A stretch of DNA of 63,226 bases, filler included, from Squatina squatina (lineage: Eukaryota): the NCBI GenBank assembly GCA_031763465.1. It is 4 parts of 4 records of this genome, joined end to end, with 100 filler letters (N's around TTAATTAATTAA, not from the genome) between each part and the next. Parts side by side here need not be neighbours in the genome. Positions count along the whole stretch, not along the records: positions 14,004 to 27,837 come from JARFOE010000168.1; positions 27,938 to 50,671 come from JARFOE010000001.1; 2 more parts are not named here. One strand, given 5' to 3'. The notes beneath the pieces are model-generated. The model saw nothing but the letters and a program-made list of their open reading frames with translations, was not told where the DNA came from and made no database searches. This document shows positions 22,922 to 35,400 of this stretch, piece by piece. How positions within the stretch are numbered: the first letter of the stretch is position 1; each line of letters opens with the position of its first letter. Made by a program: the position numbers and the translations under genes.

Positions 22922-23412
22922 GTAAATATTGCTCTCGTAGGCTATAACCGGTGACATTATTGGAGCTGAGGTAGCAGTATAGAGGAGACATGGTTTCCGG
23001 CTGTAGTGCTAGTTTAGAATTTTATTTGCTGCCGGATGTGCTGAGTGTTTCCAGCATTTTCTATTTTTATTATGTTTTCCATCTGCAGTATTTTGCTTGA
23101 TGTCCCAAAAGATTTAAAATAGGACTCACCATTTTCAAAATGTAAGGATTATCTTAGTGCGCCGCGATGGATTTTCTTTAGTTCCGTAAAGAATCTGTTG
23201 TCTTTCTACGGCCTGTAAAATTGCCCTCCATTTAGAATATGTAGAATGGAGAGACTGGATGAATTCTAAAAATCCTCAGAAATGTAGGTGATAGGTGAAC
23301 TGTTAGTGTCCCAGCCTTGATCTCAAAGCAAGCATTTTACTAAGTTAATCCTGAATTTTCTGACGTATCTTAAAACACTTGTAATGTTTACTATGCAATC
23401 TGCTCTTCTCAG

Positions 23413-23641
23413 CCATTTCCACCTGGACCACTGTGGTGCCCTTCCTTATATGAGTGAGATGATTGGTTATGATGGTCCTATCTACATGACCCACCCTACA
23501 AAAGCCATTTGTCCAATCCTTTTAGAAGATTACAGGAAGATTACAGTTGATAAGAAAGGAGAAACCAACTTTTTTACTTCTCAGATGATAAAAGATTGTA
23601 TGAAGAAAGTTGTAGCTGTTCATCTGCATCAAACAGTACAA
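23413..23641 (+). CDS. INTS11: INTS11 coding exon 4 with catalytic HFHLDH motif
   Basis: CTTCTCAG|C CAT TTC CAC CTG GAC CAC...CAA|GTAAGC; 229 bp; HxHxDH metal-binding motif of beta-CASP nucleases. Confidence 0.97.
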
Positions 23642-24194
23642 GTAAGCAATGTATTGGTCACAATCCTTCATTTAAAAAGTAAGAAAATATTAATTTGTAC
23701 TAGACGGAATACATAGATAACGTACCAATCTGACTATGGTGTTCAGACTTATGGGGCAGCCAATTTGCGTTTCTAGCACTAAGCACTGAATTTAGCGCTG
23801 CAAGTGAGACTCTTAGAAATTAGCCATTTTACAATTTGAGCGTTCAAACATGTGCAAACTTTAGCGTTAAAGTGCCCATAGTGAACTGGCTTATTCATGG
23901 TGTGGATGCAAATTCCACAGTTTGCTGCCAGNNNNNNNNNNNNNNNNNNNNNNNNNNNNNNNNNNNNNNNNNNNNNNNNNNNNNNNNNNNNNNNNNNNNN
24001 NNNNNNNNNNNNNNNNNNNNNNNNNNNNNNNCAAGCCCATTCCTTCCACAGACCACATATAATTAGCATGTTTATGGATTCTACCAAAATAGTTTAAAAG
24101 CTGAGGAAGCTGATTTACTACAGCTAAATCATCCATGGTAATACAGTAACTGATAAAGACTGTTTCAGAATGTGATTGTCATTTCTACGTGCAG

Positions 24195-24384
24195 GGAGAG
24201 AATGAACTTGAAGGCACCCATTTACTTCTCAACTGGACTGACGGAAAAAGCCAATCATTATTATAAATTATTCATTACATGGACCAATCAAAAAATTAGG
24301 AAGACGTTTGTACAGAGAAACATGTTTGAGTTCAAACACATCAAGGCGTTTGATAGGACCTATGCTGACAACCCTGGACCAATG
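24195..24384 (+). CDS. INTS11: INTS11 beta-CASP exon ([63 protein letters not shown])
   Basis: GTGCAG|...ATG|GTGTGT; 190 bp; the intervening exons are missing, presumably in the gap at 23932-24031. Confidence 0.96.
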
Positions 24385-25586
24385 GTGTGTTGCTGTTGTA
24401 TTTTGCTCTGTTTTGATTTGTTTCTAACTTCGTTGTGTACAGAAATGCTTGGTTCTAAAAACTTCTATTTTTCCCTTGTTTGAGCTGTTATTATGCACAT
24501 TTTAGTATAGATTAGATTCATATTTTAAACTATGAAAGCTTATATATGCTTATAAGTCACTGNNNNNNNNNNNNNNNNNNNNNNNNNNNNNNNNNNNNNN
24601 NNNNNNNNNNNNNNNNNNNNNNNNNNNNNNNNNNNNNNNNNNNNNNNNNNNNNNNNNNNNNNNNNNNNNNNNNNNNNNNNNNNNNNNNNNNNNNNNNNNN
24701 NNNNNNNNNNNNNNNNNNNNNNNNNNNNNNNNNNNNNNNNNNNNNNNNNNNNNNNNNNNNNNNNNNNNNNNNNNNNNNNNNNNNNNNNNNNNNNNNNNNN
24801 NNNNNNNNNNNNNNNNNNNNNNNNNNNNNNNNNNNNNNNNNNNNNNNNNNNNNNNNNNNNNNNNNNNNNNNNNNNNNNNNNNNNNNNNNNNNNNNNNNNN
24901 NNNNNNNNNNNNNNNNNNNNNNNNNNNNNNNNNNNNNNNNNNNNNNNNNNNNNNNNNNNNNNNNNNNNNNNNNNNNNNNNNNNNNNNNNNNNNNNNNNNN
25001 NNNNNNNNNNNNNNNNNNNNNNNNNNNNNNNNNNNNNNNNNNNNNNNNNNNNNNNNNNNNNNNNNNNNCCACACTGCGCTAGCAAGGGAGCCGATTCTGT
25101 TATACTAACATGGGAATTCACAAATGTACAGTTGTGCTTTTGGAAAGAAAACAAGACTCTGATAAAGCTGTTCTGCAGGTTCCATGTGTACAAATCCTAC
25201 TTGGAGTGTAAATGCCCAATCTTGAACTAGAACTGGTAAAGTCTCACCATGTCTTGGTTTCAGTACCTTGCTGTACTCCCCAACAAGAATAAAAATTGAG
25301 AAGAGCCAGAATTTGGGCTTCAGGTTTGAGGTTGGTGTTGATCACTTGGATTTATGGACAGTTGTCATAATTTGAATTGTCTGTATCAGAGCTGTTTACC
25401 TGTCCTTAATTACAATCTATCATTGTATTTTAGCTGACTTGAGCATTTCGATTTGTTCACATGCTAGACTTAATTATTTTCATAACTATGCTTTGATATT
25501 GGAAATTTGACTTTGAAATTAAAATGTAAAAGGTTTGTACAGTAATACTTCATGAAGTCAGTCATAATAAAGATTGATTTTTCCAG

Positions 25587-25670
25587 GTTGTCTTTGCTAC
25601 ACCAGGCATGCTTCACGCCGGGCAGTCTCTGCAGATTTTCAGGAAATGGGCAGGCAATGATAAAAACATG
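25587..25670 (+). CDS. INTS11: INTS11 exon ([28 protein letters not shown])
   Basis: TTTTTCCAG|...|GTAAGA; 84 bp; not in the ORF track but in frame with its neighbours. Confidence 0.96.
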
Positions 25671-25781
25671 GTAAGAGAAAACAGATGCACTTACACCGAG
25701 GCGTCAACATATACCTTTTCTCACCTATAAGTTCTACACTGTCTATCATCTGGGCTCTAAGATGTGCACTTGTTGTCTCAG

Positions 25782-25871
25782 GTCATCATGCCGGGGTATT
25801 GTGTGCAAGGAACCGTGGGACATAAAATCCTAAGTGGACAAAGGAAACTTGAAATGGAGGGGCGACAAACT
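25782..25871 (+). CDS. INTS11: INTS11 exon (VIMPGYCVQGTVGHKILSGQRKLEMEGRQT)
   Basis: TTGTCTCAG|...|GTAAGT; 90 bp. Confidence 0.96.
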
Positions 25872-25974
25872 GTAAGTGTTGCTTTGCGTATGTTAATTAG
25901 TTGTCTTTTAGGCACTCAGGATTGTATAGGACCAGAAAAGACCATTGCGGTCCATCTAGCCAGTCCCAAAGTGA

Positions 25975-26174
25975 AAGATGTTCATTTATATACCTTATCA
26001 AAATGATTTCCATAAAGTGAATTACTTTGCAGTGTAGTGACTGTTGAAAGCAAGATTCCACAAATGGTAATGAGATGAATGACCAGTTCATCTGTTTTTT
26101 TGGCAGTATTAGTTGAGGAAGCAATTTATTAGGACACCTGGCGAACTCCTTGAACTTCTTCACAAAGTCCCATG
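25975..26174 (-). mobile_element. Deu-domain SINE 3' part
   Basis: Reverse complement of the SINE tail (TTCATTTATATACC...GTGTAGTGACTGTTG...GACCAGTTCATCTGTTTT...GTTGAGG). Confidence 0.65.
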
Positions 26175-27466
26175 NNNNNNNNNNNNNNNNNNNNNNNNNN
26201 NNNNNNNNNNNNNNNNNNNNNNNNNNNNNNNNNNNNNNNNNNNNNNNNNNNNNNNNNNNNNNNNNNNNNNNNNNNNNNNNNNNNNNNNNNNNNNNNNNNN
26301 NNNNNNNNNNNNNNNNNNNNNNNNNNNNNNNNNNNNNNNNNNNNNNNNNNNNNNNNNNNNNNNNNNNNNNNNNNNNNNNNNNNNNNNNNNNNNNNNNNNN
26401 NNNNNNNNNNNNNNNNNNNNNNNNNNNNNNNNNNNNNNNNNNNNNNNNNNNNNNNNNNNNNNNNNNNNNNNNNNNNNNNNNNNNNNNNNNNNNNNNNNNN
26501 NNNNNNNNNNNNNNNNNNNNNNNNNNNNNNNNNNNNNNNNNNNNNNNNNNNNNNNNNNNNNNNNNNNNNNNNNNNNNNNNNNNNNNNNNNNNNNNNNNNN
26601 NNNNNNNNNNNNNNNNNNNNNNNNNNNNNNNNNNNNNNNNNNNNNNNNNNNNNNNNNNNNNNNNNNNNNNNNNNNNNNNNNNNNNNNNNNNNNNNNNNNN
26701 NNNNNNNNNNNNNNNNNNNNNNNNNNNNNNNNNNNNNNNNNNNNNNNNNNNNNNNNNNNNNNNNNNNNNNNNNNNNNNNNNNNNNNNNNNNNNNNNNNNN
26801 NNNNNNNNNNNNNNNNNNNNNNNNNNNNNNNNNNNNNNNNNNNNNNNNNNNNNNNNNNNNNNNNNNNNNNNNNNNNNNNNNNNNNNNNNNNNNNNNNNNN
26901 NNNNNNNNNNNNNNNNNNNNNNNNNNNNNNNNNNNNNNNNNNNNNNNNNNNNNNNNNNNNNNNNNNNNNNNNNNNNNNNNNNNNNNNNNNNNNNNNNNNN
27001 NNNNNNNNNNNNNNNNNNNNNNNNNNNNNNNNNNNNNNNNNNNNNNNNGTTATGTTCTTGCTCCTCTCTTAGTAAATGAGCATTGTAATTTGGGCCAGCT
27101 TGTCTTTTTTATAAATTGTAAACTTGTATCATGAGCTGCCAAATGCTTTCATGTGCTGAAACTAGCTGAGGCAGCTTTTTTCTTTGCAAGTTGATACATG
27201 AGTCAAGCTAATCTCGTCTCCTTGTGAGCTATTGTTAGAGATCCCTTGACTGTTGGGCATTGGGAGTTGCAATATATGTTACAAAATAGATTTATGGTTC
27301 AGTGCATGTTAACCATAATACTTTGTCTTCAGTTTTTTTTGCATTAAACCTAAATTTGGAATTGAGATTTTGAGTTTCTTTATTAAAAATAGTTTCATTT
27401 CAATTCGATTGAAAATAACATTTATAACACTGCTCATTACTTGGATTGCTGACATATCCTTCCCAG

Positions 27467-27629
27467 CTAGAAGTGAAGATGCAGGTGGAATACATGTCAT
27501 TCAGTGCACATGCTGACGCCAAAGGCATCATGCAACTTATCCGTCAAGCAGAACCACAAAATGTGCTGCTGGTCCATGGAGAGGCTAAGAAAATGGGATT
27601 CCTTAAACAGAAAATTGAGCAGGAGTTCG
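27467..27629 (+). CDS. INTS11: INTS11 exon with RNA-metabolising MBL motif ([54 protein letters not shown])
   Basis: CCTTCCCAG|...G|GTACGT; 163 bp; FSAHAD and LVHGE motifs. The 3' exons lie beyond the scaffold end. Confidence 0.96.
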
Positions 27630-27837
27630 GTACGTCTCACTACAGCTCATGTACTATTTTATTCTTCATATACCACTTCAAGATAGACAATTTAAAAAAA
27701 TTAATTCCCAGGATGTGGGAGTCACTGGCAAGGCCAGCATTTATTGCCAGTCCCTGATTGCCCTTAACTGAGTGGCTTGCTAGGCCATTTCAGAGGGCTG
27801 TTGAGAGTCAACTGCATTGCTGTGGGTCTGGAGTCAC

Positions 27838-27937
27838 NNNNNNNNNNNNNNNNNNNNNNNNNNNNNNNNNNNNNNNNNNNNTTAATTAATTAANNNNNNN
27901 NNNNNNNNNNNNNNNNNNNNNNNNNNNNNNNNNNNNN
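27838..27937. other. Artificial scaffold spacer
   Basis: 44 N + TTAATTAATTAA (27882-27893) + 44 N. Confidence 0.97.
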
Positions 27938-29264
27938 TTAAATATTTCAAGAATATTTATATTTTCTCTTGTTTCCATATATCAAAGTATTTGCCCTTAT
28001 TGGGTCTTACTAAATCTTCTACACCAAGTATCTTGCTGGGATTCTGCCAATATGTTACAGTTTAAATTTTGCAATAGCACTTAACATAGCCTGTTGGCAT
28101 TTGCAGACAAGTCCACTGCTTAACAGTGGAGCAACTTACAAATTTGATCCTTGCAGGAGATGAGACAGTGTCACACATCATCATGTAAACCCAATCACAG
28201 TGAAGTATTTGTTAAACCATCAGTGCAGTATTCCCTCAACTAGAAAATGATCCATGGTATGCCTCAGAATTCTTTTTTAATTTGCTGAGACAGAAACATA
28301 TTTCGTAGATTTTTTTGGGGGGGACAGGTATAATGGCAATAGATGCATTGGTGTCAGGCAGTGTCTAATACAAATTGTCTAATTGTGATGAATGCCACAC
28401 TCAAAGCTTCACATGAAAAATTCTGAAATAAATGCAGAATAAAGTTAATATATGTGGGAGCACATATAGTCAAGTTGAAAAAAGAAACAGAAGATACTTT
28501 AGATGCACAATAGGTAGGGTGACATTTAAAAGGGCAAGATTGTTTAATCTTTTGTTTTTGATTTAAAAAAAATCTAAACGAGTCAGTTTTGAAGTACAGA
28601 CCCATGTGAAATACTAACCCTTTTTCTGGATTTGTCTGGAGGGAAGATTTCGTGGCCACCCAATTGGCACTCCAGCGCTAGCGCTAAATGGGCGTAGAAT
28701 GGGTGTTAGGAGTCTAACTCCCGTTTTTGGCACTAAATTGAATTTTACGCAATTGGCTTCAGTTTAGCGCCGGCGCTGATTGGGTGCTAACTCAGGAGTG
28801 CTGGAGACGTGATGCTAGGTGCAAAACGGCCTTCATGATGTCATCAGAGGGCGCACCGCCCAAAATGGCCACCCAACAAAGAGTTGGCCTCAATTCTTTG
28901 GACGCTAAACGGACGGTGACAGCGCGTGGTTTTTTGGGGCGGTAACACCCGTGCTTACATTTCTATTAGGGTACAAAATCATTGTGCATCATCCCCCATT
29001 TTTAATGCTTAAATCCCCATCTAAAGATCATAAAAGTATTTAAATCATTGTGCGGGACTTGGAACAGCCATNNNNNNNNNNNNNNNNNNNNNNNNNNNNN
29101 NNNNNNNNNNNNNNNNNNNNNNNNNNNNNNNNNNNNNNNNNNNNNNNNNNNNNNNNNNNNNNNNNNNNNNNAATCCTATTATTATTTTCTAAGTGTCCTG
29201 TTACCATGTCCTTATAATAGATTCTTGCATTTTCCCTACTACTAATGTCAGGTGAACAGGTCTG

Positions 29265-29410
29265 TAAATAGTGGGGTTACACTTGCCAACCTCCAATTTG
29301 CAGGAACCATTCTAGAATCTATGGAATTTCGGAAGATTACAACCAATGTGTCCACTATCTCTATAGCCACCCCTTTCAAAATCCTGGGATGCAGATCATC
29401 AGGTCCTTGG
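29265..29410 (-). mobile_element. CR1 LINE RT N-terminal fragment
   Basis: Minus frame GPDDLHPRILKGVAIEIVDTLVVIFRNSIDSRMVPANWRLASVTPLF. Confidence 0.85.
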
Positions 29411-29699
29411 NNNNNNNNNNTTACTGATATCCAGTTCCTCTGAGGACTTTACCTAAAAATAGTAAGTGCTACTCTACCTTATTGGACACCTTAAAGGATT
29501 CACCAGGAGAAGGAGAGTGCGAGGTCATCAACATCTTGCTAGGGGTCCTGTTTGGTTTGCAGGAGGAATGGGAGGAGATGAGGCCAGGCAGAGGAGCACC
29601 AGCTGCTGCAGGAGAGAGGGGTAGGAGGGCATGGTGGACTCCTTCCCCGCTGCAGATCATCTCTCCTCCTCTGGACCTCCTCATAAGGAGCTCCGAGAA

Positions 29700-29835
29700 C
29701 ATTCTGATGAAAGGTTATCAACCCAAAACATTAACTTAGTTTCTCTCTACACAGATGCTGCCTGGTCTGCTGGGTATTTCCAGCATTTTCTGTTTTTATT
29801 TCGTATTTCCAGAATCTGTCATATTTTTCTTTTGT
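29700..29835 (+). mobile_element. Penelope-associated terminal repeat with degenerate hammerhead motif
   Basis: TTCTGATGAAAGGTTATCAACCCAAAACATTAAC...ACAGATGCTGCCTGGTCTGCTGGGTATTTCCAGCATTTTCTG; same family at about 10094, 23030, 54790, 55651, 58155 and 59680. The Penelope link is inferred. Confidence 0.6.
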
Positions 29836-31181
29836 ATTTCTTCTTTAAAATTTTTTTTTTTACCTGAATGTGGAGCCGGGAGTTGCAGGAATGCTTGTCC
29901 TGGTTCCACTGTAGTGCCAAAGACAGTTNNNNNNNNNNCCAATTGCTGCCACCGCTCTCTCCCACTCAGTCCCACCCTTCCTCTCGATCGCCCGCCCACC
30001 TCTTGATTACTTCTCCTCCTTTACATCCTGGTATGTCCCCCCACTGGCACGACCTACCTGAGGCCTGAAATTGAAATCTGCACCAGTGAGATGCCTGGGG
30101 ATGCCCAGCAGGTGTCTGCAGCTCACCATTCATAAATTGTTCCCTGCACCCAGTTTGCATCAGCCCTGCTGGCACCATCCAATTTCTAGGCCACTCTATC
30201 CCTCACAAGTCTGGGCTAATTATCATGTATCGCTGAGGGTGGCAGAAGGATTTAGAAAGGATAATTGAGAGGCTGGCAGCAGGATTTAGACACCCTATGG
30301 TGTTATATTTGTACTGATTCTAAAATGGCTGAAAAAGATATTGTAACAGTTGAAAAGAAAATTGTACTGTGTGATCCAATAGACAATTGGCGACCTGTCT
30401 TATGACTAACGATCACATTTGCACTGTGAGCTGACTCAAATGACTGTTTCCTATTGCATTGCATACTTATATCGCTTACTGGTTAAATACAAAAGCATGC
30501 TTAAACTGTGCCAAGTGGGCAGCAGATAATGCATGTCATGCTGATACATTGAATTCATTTTAAGGGAAAAAAATACAAATGTTGACCCATTAATTTTTGA
30601 ATATCCCGCAAGAGATTTTTTGAAAGGTTTGCTAATGTCATTGACGGTAGAATAAGTTGAGGCACTTTTTGAGGAAAATCAAATTCAATAAAATAACAGG
30701 AGTGCTGCAGAAGCCAACCACCAAGTTAATTTAATGCTTTGCAAAGTCTTAACTCTTCAAACAGAGCTCTGTGGAAACAAATTTATTGTTTAGATTAAAC
30801 TATTATTGAGAAGCAATAATTTTACACGACACAAATATTGATGATTGATTACCATAGTATCAAGCCAGCTGGTTTGGGGACTGTACGGTAGGTGTATTGC
30901 TTCTCGTTCTCCGCATCCTGCTCTTTAGAGCACTACAGATTTAATGGTGGGAAAAACGAACAGGGAGATGTCTGTTTTGTTCTTCAGTTGATGCATTGCA
31001 TAGCTGATGTGCGGTAAGGAAAAATAAATATGATGTTCATAAACACGAGATGCTGAACACATACTTAAACCAAGAGGCTGTNNNNNNNNNNNNNNNNNNN
31101 NNNNNNNNNNNNNNNNNNNNNNNNNNNNNNNNNNNNNNNNNNNNNNNNNNNNNNNNNNNNNNNNNNNNNNNNNNNNNNNNN

Positions 31182-31550
31182 AGAATTCTATCATATTATG
31201 GTCACTCCTCCCCAAGGGGCCTCGCACAACAAGATTGCTAATTAATCCTTTCTCATTAGGATGGCCTGCTCTCTAGTTGGTTCCTCGACGTATTGGTCCA
31301 GAAAACCATCCCGTATACACTGTAGGAATTCCTCTTCCACAGTATTGTTACCAATTTGGTTAGCCCAATCTATGTGTAGATTAAAGTCACCCCTGATTAT
31401 AGCTGTACCCTTATTGCACGCGTCTCTAATTTCCTGATTAATGCCATCCCTAACATCACCATTACTGTTTGGGGGTCTGTATACAACTCCTGCTAACGTT
31501 TTCTGCCCCATGGTATTTCTTAGCTCCATCCATACAGATTCCACAACAAT
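31182..31550 (-). mobile_element. CR1 LINE endonuclease fragment
   Basis: VESVWMELRN...GVVYRPPNS...GDFNLHIDW...FLDQYVEEPTREQAIL and GPLGRSDHNMIEF (AP-endonuclease motifs). Confidence 0.92.
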
Positions 31551-33622
31551 CAGAGAGGCCACCCTGCCAATCATGTAACTTCATAAACGCTATTGCACTG
31601 AACTGTATAATTCACTAAATAGCTCAAATAACTTTGGAAGGACCTGCTGGCCTTTGATGTTCTTGTGTAAATGGTGCAATAAAGAGGCAATTCATCACAA
31701 TTTAATTGAGAATGCATTAGAGGATTTTCTCTATTTAGCTCAGGTTGAACGTAAAAATTCCAACATATTATGTAAAACCATTCTTTATCGCTTTAAGCAA
31801 AGGTTTTAGTTATCTCTTTCTCAAAGTAAATTGTTCTTGTAATTGTGGAAGGCCAAGGGAACAGCATTGAAATTGTAGAGTTTATTATGCTTGTTTGTAC
31901 TGAACACAGTTTGTGACTTCTGTTCCAACATTGCAAAAATTTAACATAATTCATGGAGAGCTCAATGAATTTGAGCTATGGATCTGCCCAGATTTTTATG
32001 ACCTATTGACTTGAGGGTGTGATGCCTACACTGTATTTTATGGGAATAATCAATCATTGCATAGAGCACAAACTATCACCTTGAGCAATGGGAAATACGT
32101 GGGCCTATTTTATATGGCTGAATAGCAACTCAGCGAAACTTTTTCCTCAGCCTTTTGAATACAAATATCACATATGTGCCCATATCGAACATCAAGCCAT
32201 CATTTCCCAGACTGTCNNNNNNNNNNNNNNNNNNNNNNNNNNNNNNNNNNNNNNNNNNNNNNNNNNNNNNNNNNNNNNNNNNNNNNNNNNNNNNNNNNNN
32301 NNNNNNNNNNNNNNNNCCCCTTAAGCATCATGGTCTGATAGAAGGAGTGGGCTTTGTACCTTCCTTGCTTGCTTCGACAGGGCTGGCTTTCAGCAGTCAT
32401 GACTCACCGCAAAAGGAACACTGCCACTCGGAATGGGAAATTGGAAAATACCCGGTCACAGATCAGGGCTTTGTCTGTCACATAGTCATTCACTCATTAT
32501 TGCTTCCATATACACCATTGATTTCTTCTGAGTCCAAGGGTGGGAAAATGTAAGTTGTTTCTTGCCAAGTTATGTTCACTTTTGCCTGATCCTCGATTCA
32601 GCGCAGCCTGGTTTAAATGACACTGATGGAATGGATAAAACTTGAGCAAAATAATACCCATTCGTTAAAATGTCCTCGTAGGGAGAAAATAGCCTCAGTG
32701 TTTGACAAGTGCCATTGAAACTCATTTCCTCCCAATGATCATCAAGAATTCTGTTTAACAGAAACAAAGCTTTCCAGAAATAAATTACAATTATTCCGTT
32801 CAATGGCTCAAACCAATGCTTTGTGTCACTGAATAGAACAGACAAAAGAATACCGAGAGGAGCTGTGAAAACATCCGCCACATCCATGTAAATATCCGTC
32901 TCAAAAATAGAATTGAGCTCATGCCAATCACTATACTGTGAAACAAGGCAACACATTGCATTCGTACTGGTGCACTGCACATGTTAGCATTGGCGCACAC
33001 TGGAATAAACAAAATTTGGTACGCACATTAAATTGTGACAATTAATTTAGCTCAAACAATTTTGAGAATGACACTAGGTGACAGACATTATTAGCATTGT
33101 GAGAAGATAATGTGGGGGGTGATTTTCAGCTCACAACCTCTCAGATTTAGGGTGGGATATCAGAGAGACGAGGAAAATCATTGACCTTTTCATTATTAAC
33201 TACAAAATCATGTTGAAGCATTACAGCACCAGCTAAAGAGAAATGTTATGAACAATTAGGCACTGTTTGCTTTAGTGCATTGATGATTAGCGTGTTCACA
33301 CTGCGTTTCACAACAATCTTTTGTAAGGCACTTTGCTGTAGCCACTGATTCAGAACGCTCTTTTCCCCCAATTGAGTTACAAGTTGTCCATCACTATGCA
33401 CCGTATCAATTACTTTAATGACGTATCTGTCAAACCTTTACATGTTAAAAGGCACAATTCTTTGTTTTTGCATGGTAGCTACAAAATATAAACCACGCTC
33501 TCATTTCATCTCTCAATACATTNNNNNNNNNNNNNNNNNNNNNNNNNNNNNNNNNNNNNNNNNNNNNNNNNNNNNNNNNNNNNNNNNNNNNNNNNNNNNN
33601 NNNNNNNNNNNNNNNNNNNNNN

Positions 33623-33905
33623 GGAGGTGGCGAAAATGGTGGCGGATGATCTGTTGAATGTGGAGGCTAGTGGGGTGAAAGATGAGGACAAGGGGAACCC
33701 TATCGTGGTTCTGGGTGGGAGGGGAAGGGGTGAGAGCAGAAGTACAGGAAATAGAAAGGACACGGTCGAGGGCCATGTCAACCACGGTAGAGGGGAATCC
33801 TGAGTTGAGGAAAAAAGAAGACATGTCGGAAGCACTAGTATGGAAGGTGGCATCGTCAAAACAGATACGACGGAGACTGAGAAACTGGGAGAATGGAATG
33901 CAGTT
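33623..33905 (-). mobile_element. Penelope-like retroelement, RT thumb/linker fragment
   Basis: IPFSQFLSLRRICFDDATFHTSASDMSSFFLNSGFP...DRVPLVLIFHPTSLHIQQII matches the PLE 'IPxSQFLRLRRICS...RxPLVLTYHP' region. Confidence 0.85.
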
Positions 33906-35142
33906 CTGCTCCATGCTAGATTCAGAATGTTATCTTTGAACTCCAACATTAACCAGTATTTGATTCAATTTTGATAAGCACAATGCAATGGGTAAAAATA
34001 ATCCACAGACTTCCCACGTTCTAAATTGAAATGATTGTTAATTTCAGAGAATGTAAAATCAGCCAATGAGCAATTTTTCCACAAACCAGCTTATTTCTAG
34101 AGATCTCAATGTGTGATTGCAGTTGAACTTTTGAACTTACAAAATGTCAGCATTGAAAGGAATGATGCAGTTATAGCATAATTTGATTTTTAAATGAAAG
34201 ATGATAACTATATTCATACACATGAAATTAATTCTTTAAGCATTCTGCTTATGATGTATTTATCTATTTTGTAAGAAATCACCCAGTTTTATATTTGACA
34301 CTCTCTGCAGCAACATACATTAGGAAAGGACTGGTTTTATGTTAATCCAATTTCAGTCTCTTGAAAGTAAGTCTCAAAGAGAGAGGAAGAATGACACAGG
34401 GACTGCAAATGAGGGACGGGACACACGATGGGAGAGGATCGGATTTAGAGAGGAAGAGGAAGAGCAGGTCAGAGTGAGAGTGGACAGGGTGAGATGATGG
34501 GGAAAGGGAAAGAAAGTGATAGGGAAAGGAAACATAGAAACATAGAAAATAGGAGCAGGAGNNNNNNNNNNNNNNNNNNNNNNNNNNNNNNNNNNNNNNN
34601 NNNNNNNNNNNNNNNNNNNNNNNNNNNNNNNNNNNNNNNNNNNNNNNNNNNNNNNNNNNNNCTGTCCTAGTGGAGGCCATTAGAGGCCTTGCAGAGTGGG
34701 CAGCGGCCCTCCCTTCAATTGAAGGGGAGGGGCGTTGAAATATGACGGTGTAGCACTGCCGATCGCTTGCCGTTAGCGGTGCTGGACCCGCTCCAAGAGG
34801 AAATGGAGCGCACAAGATTGCATTCCACTTCCTTTGAGGGGCGGTAAGGCCAATTCAGCGGTTGGGGCGGGACTTCTATGCCGGGCGCAGGAAGTACCAT
34901 CCTGAGCAGGTTACCGCATCCAGTCAGAGCGCAGGGCAATTTCACCCCCTTTATTTTTAAAAAAATGCCATTTTCTTTGGGTGCTGCAATCAAACAACCC
35001 AGCTCCCTCTCCTATTTGGCTGCCATATCTCTTCCTTGCTGTAAACTGAGCCTTTTGAAAATGTGACACCAGGATACTATCATCCCTAAGCTTTCTAAAA
35101 TTCTGTATTTCAAAGCTTATAATGGAATGGCCTAAGAAAATG

Positions 35143-35400
35143 TTATCCCAGCTTTCGGTTTCCTAGCAGCTGTGGCTCATTACTGAACATTAGATCCCAG
35201 ATATTATCTATTCTAGTGCTAGTGCTCACATGCTGAATTAAGAAGGATTCATTGTTTGCTTCTATAAATGCCACCCATCTCTTATGTCTGTTTGTCCACC
35301 TTATAAGTGGATAATTAAACTCTCCCATCACTGCCGTCATCCTGCCTTAGTGATTTGATTGCACAGCTGCAGATCCTTATCCCTCTCTTGGTTCAGTGAT
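35143..35400 (-). mobile_element. Old CR1 endonuclease fragment
   Basis: VMGEFNYPLIRW...FLIQHVSTSTRIDNIWDLMFSNEP, a degenerate GDFNxPxIxW...PTR...LDL motif. Confidence 0.65.
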
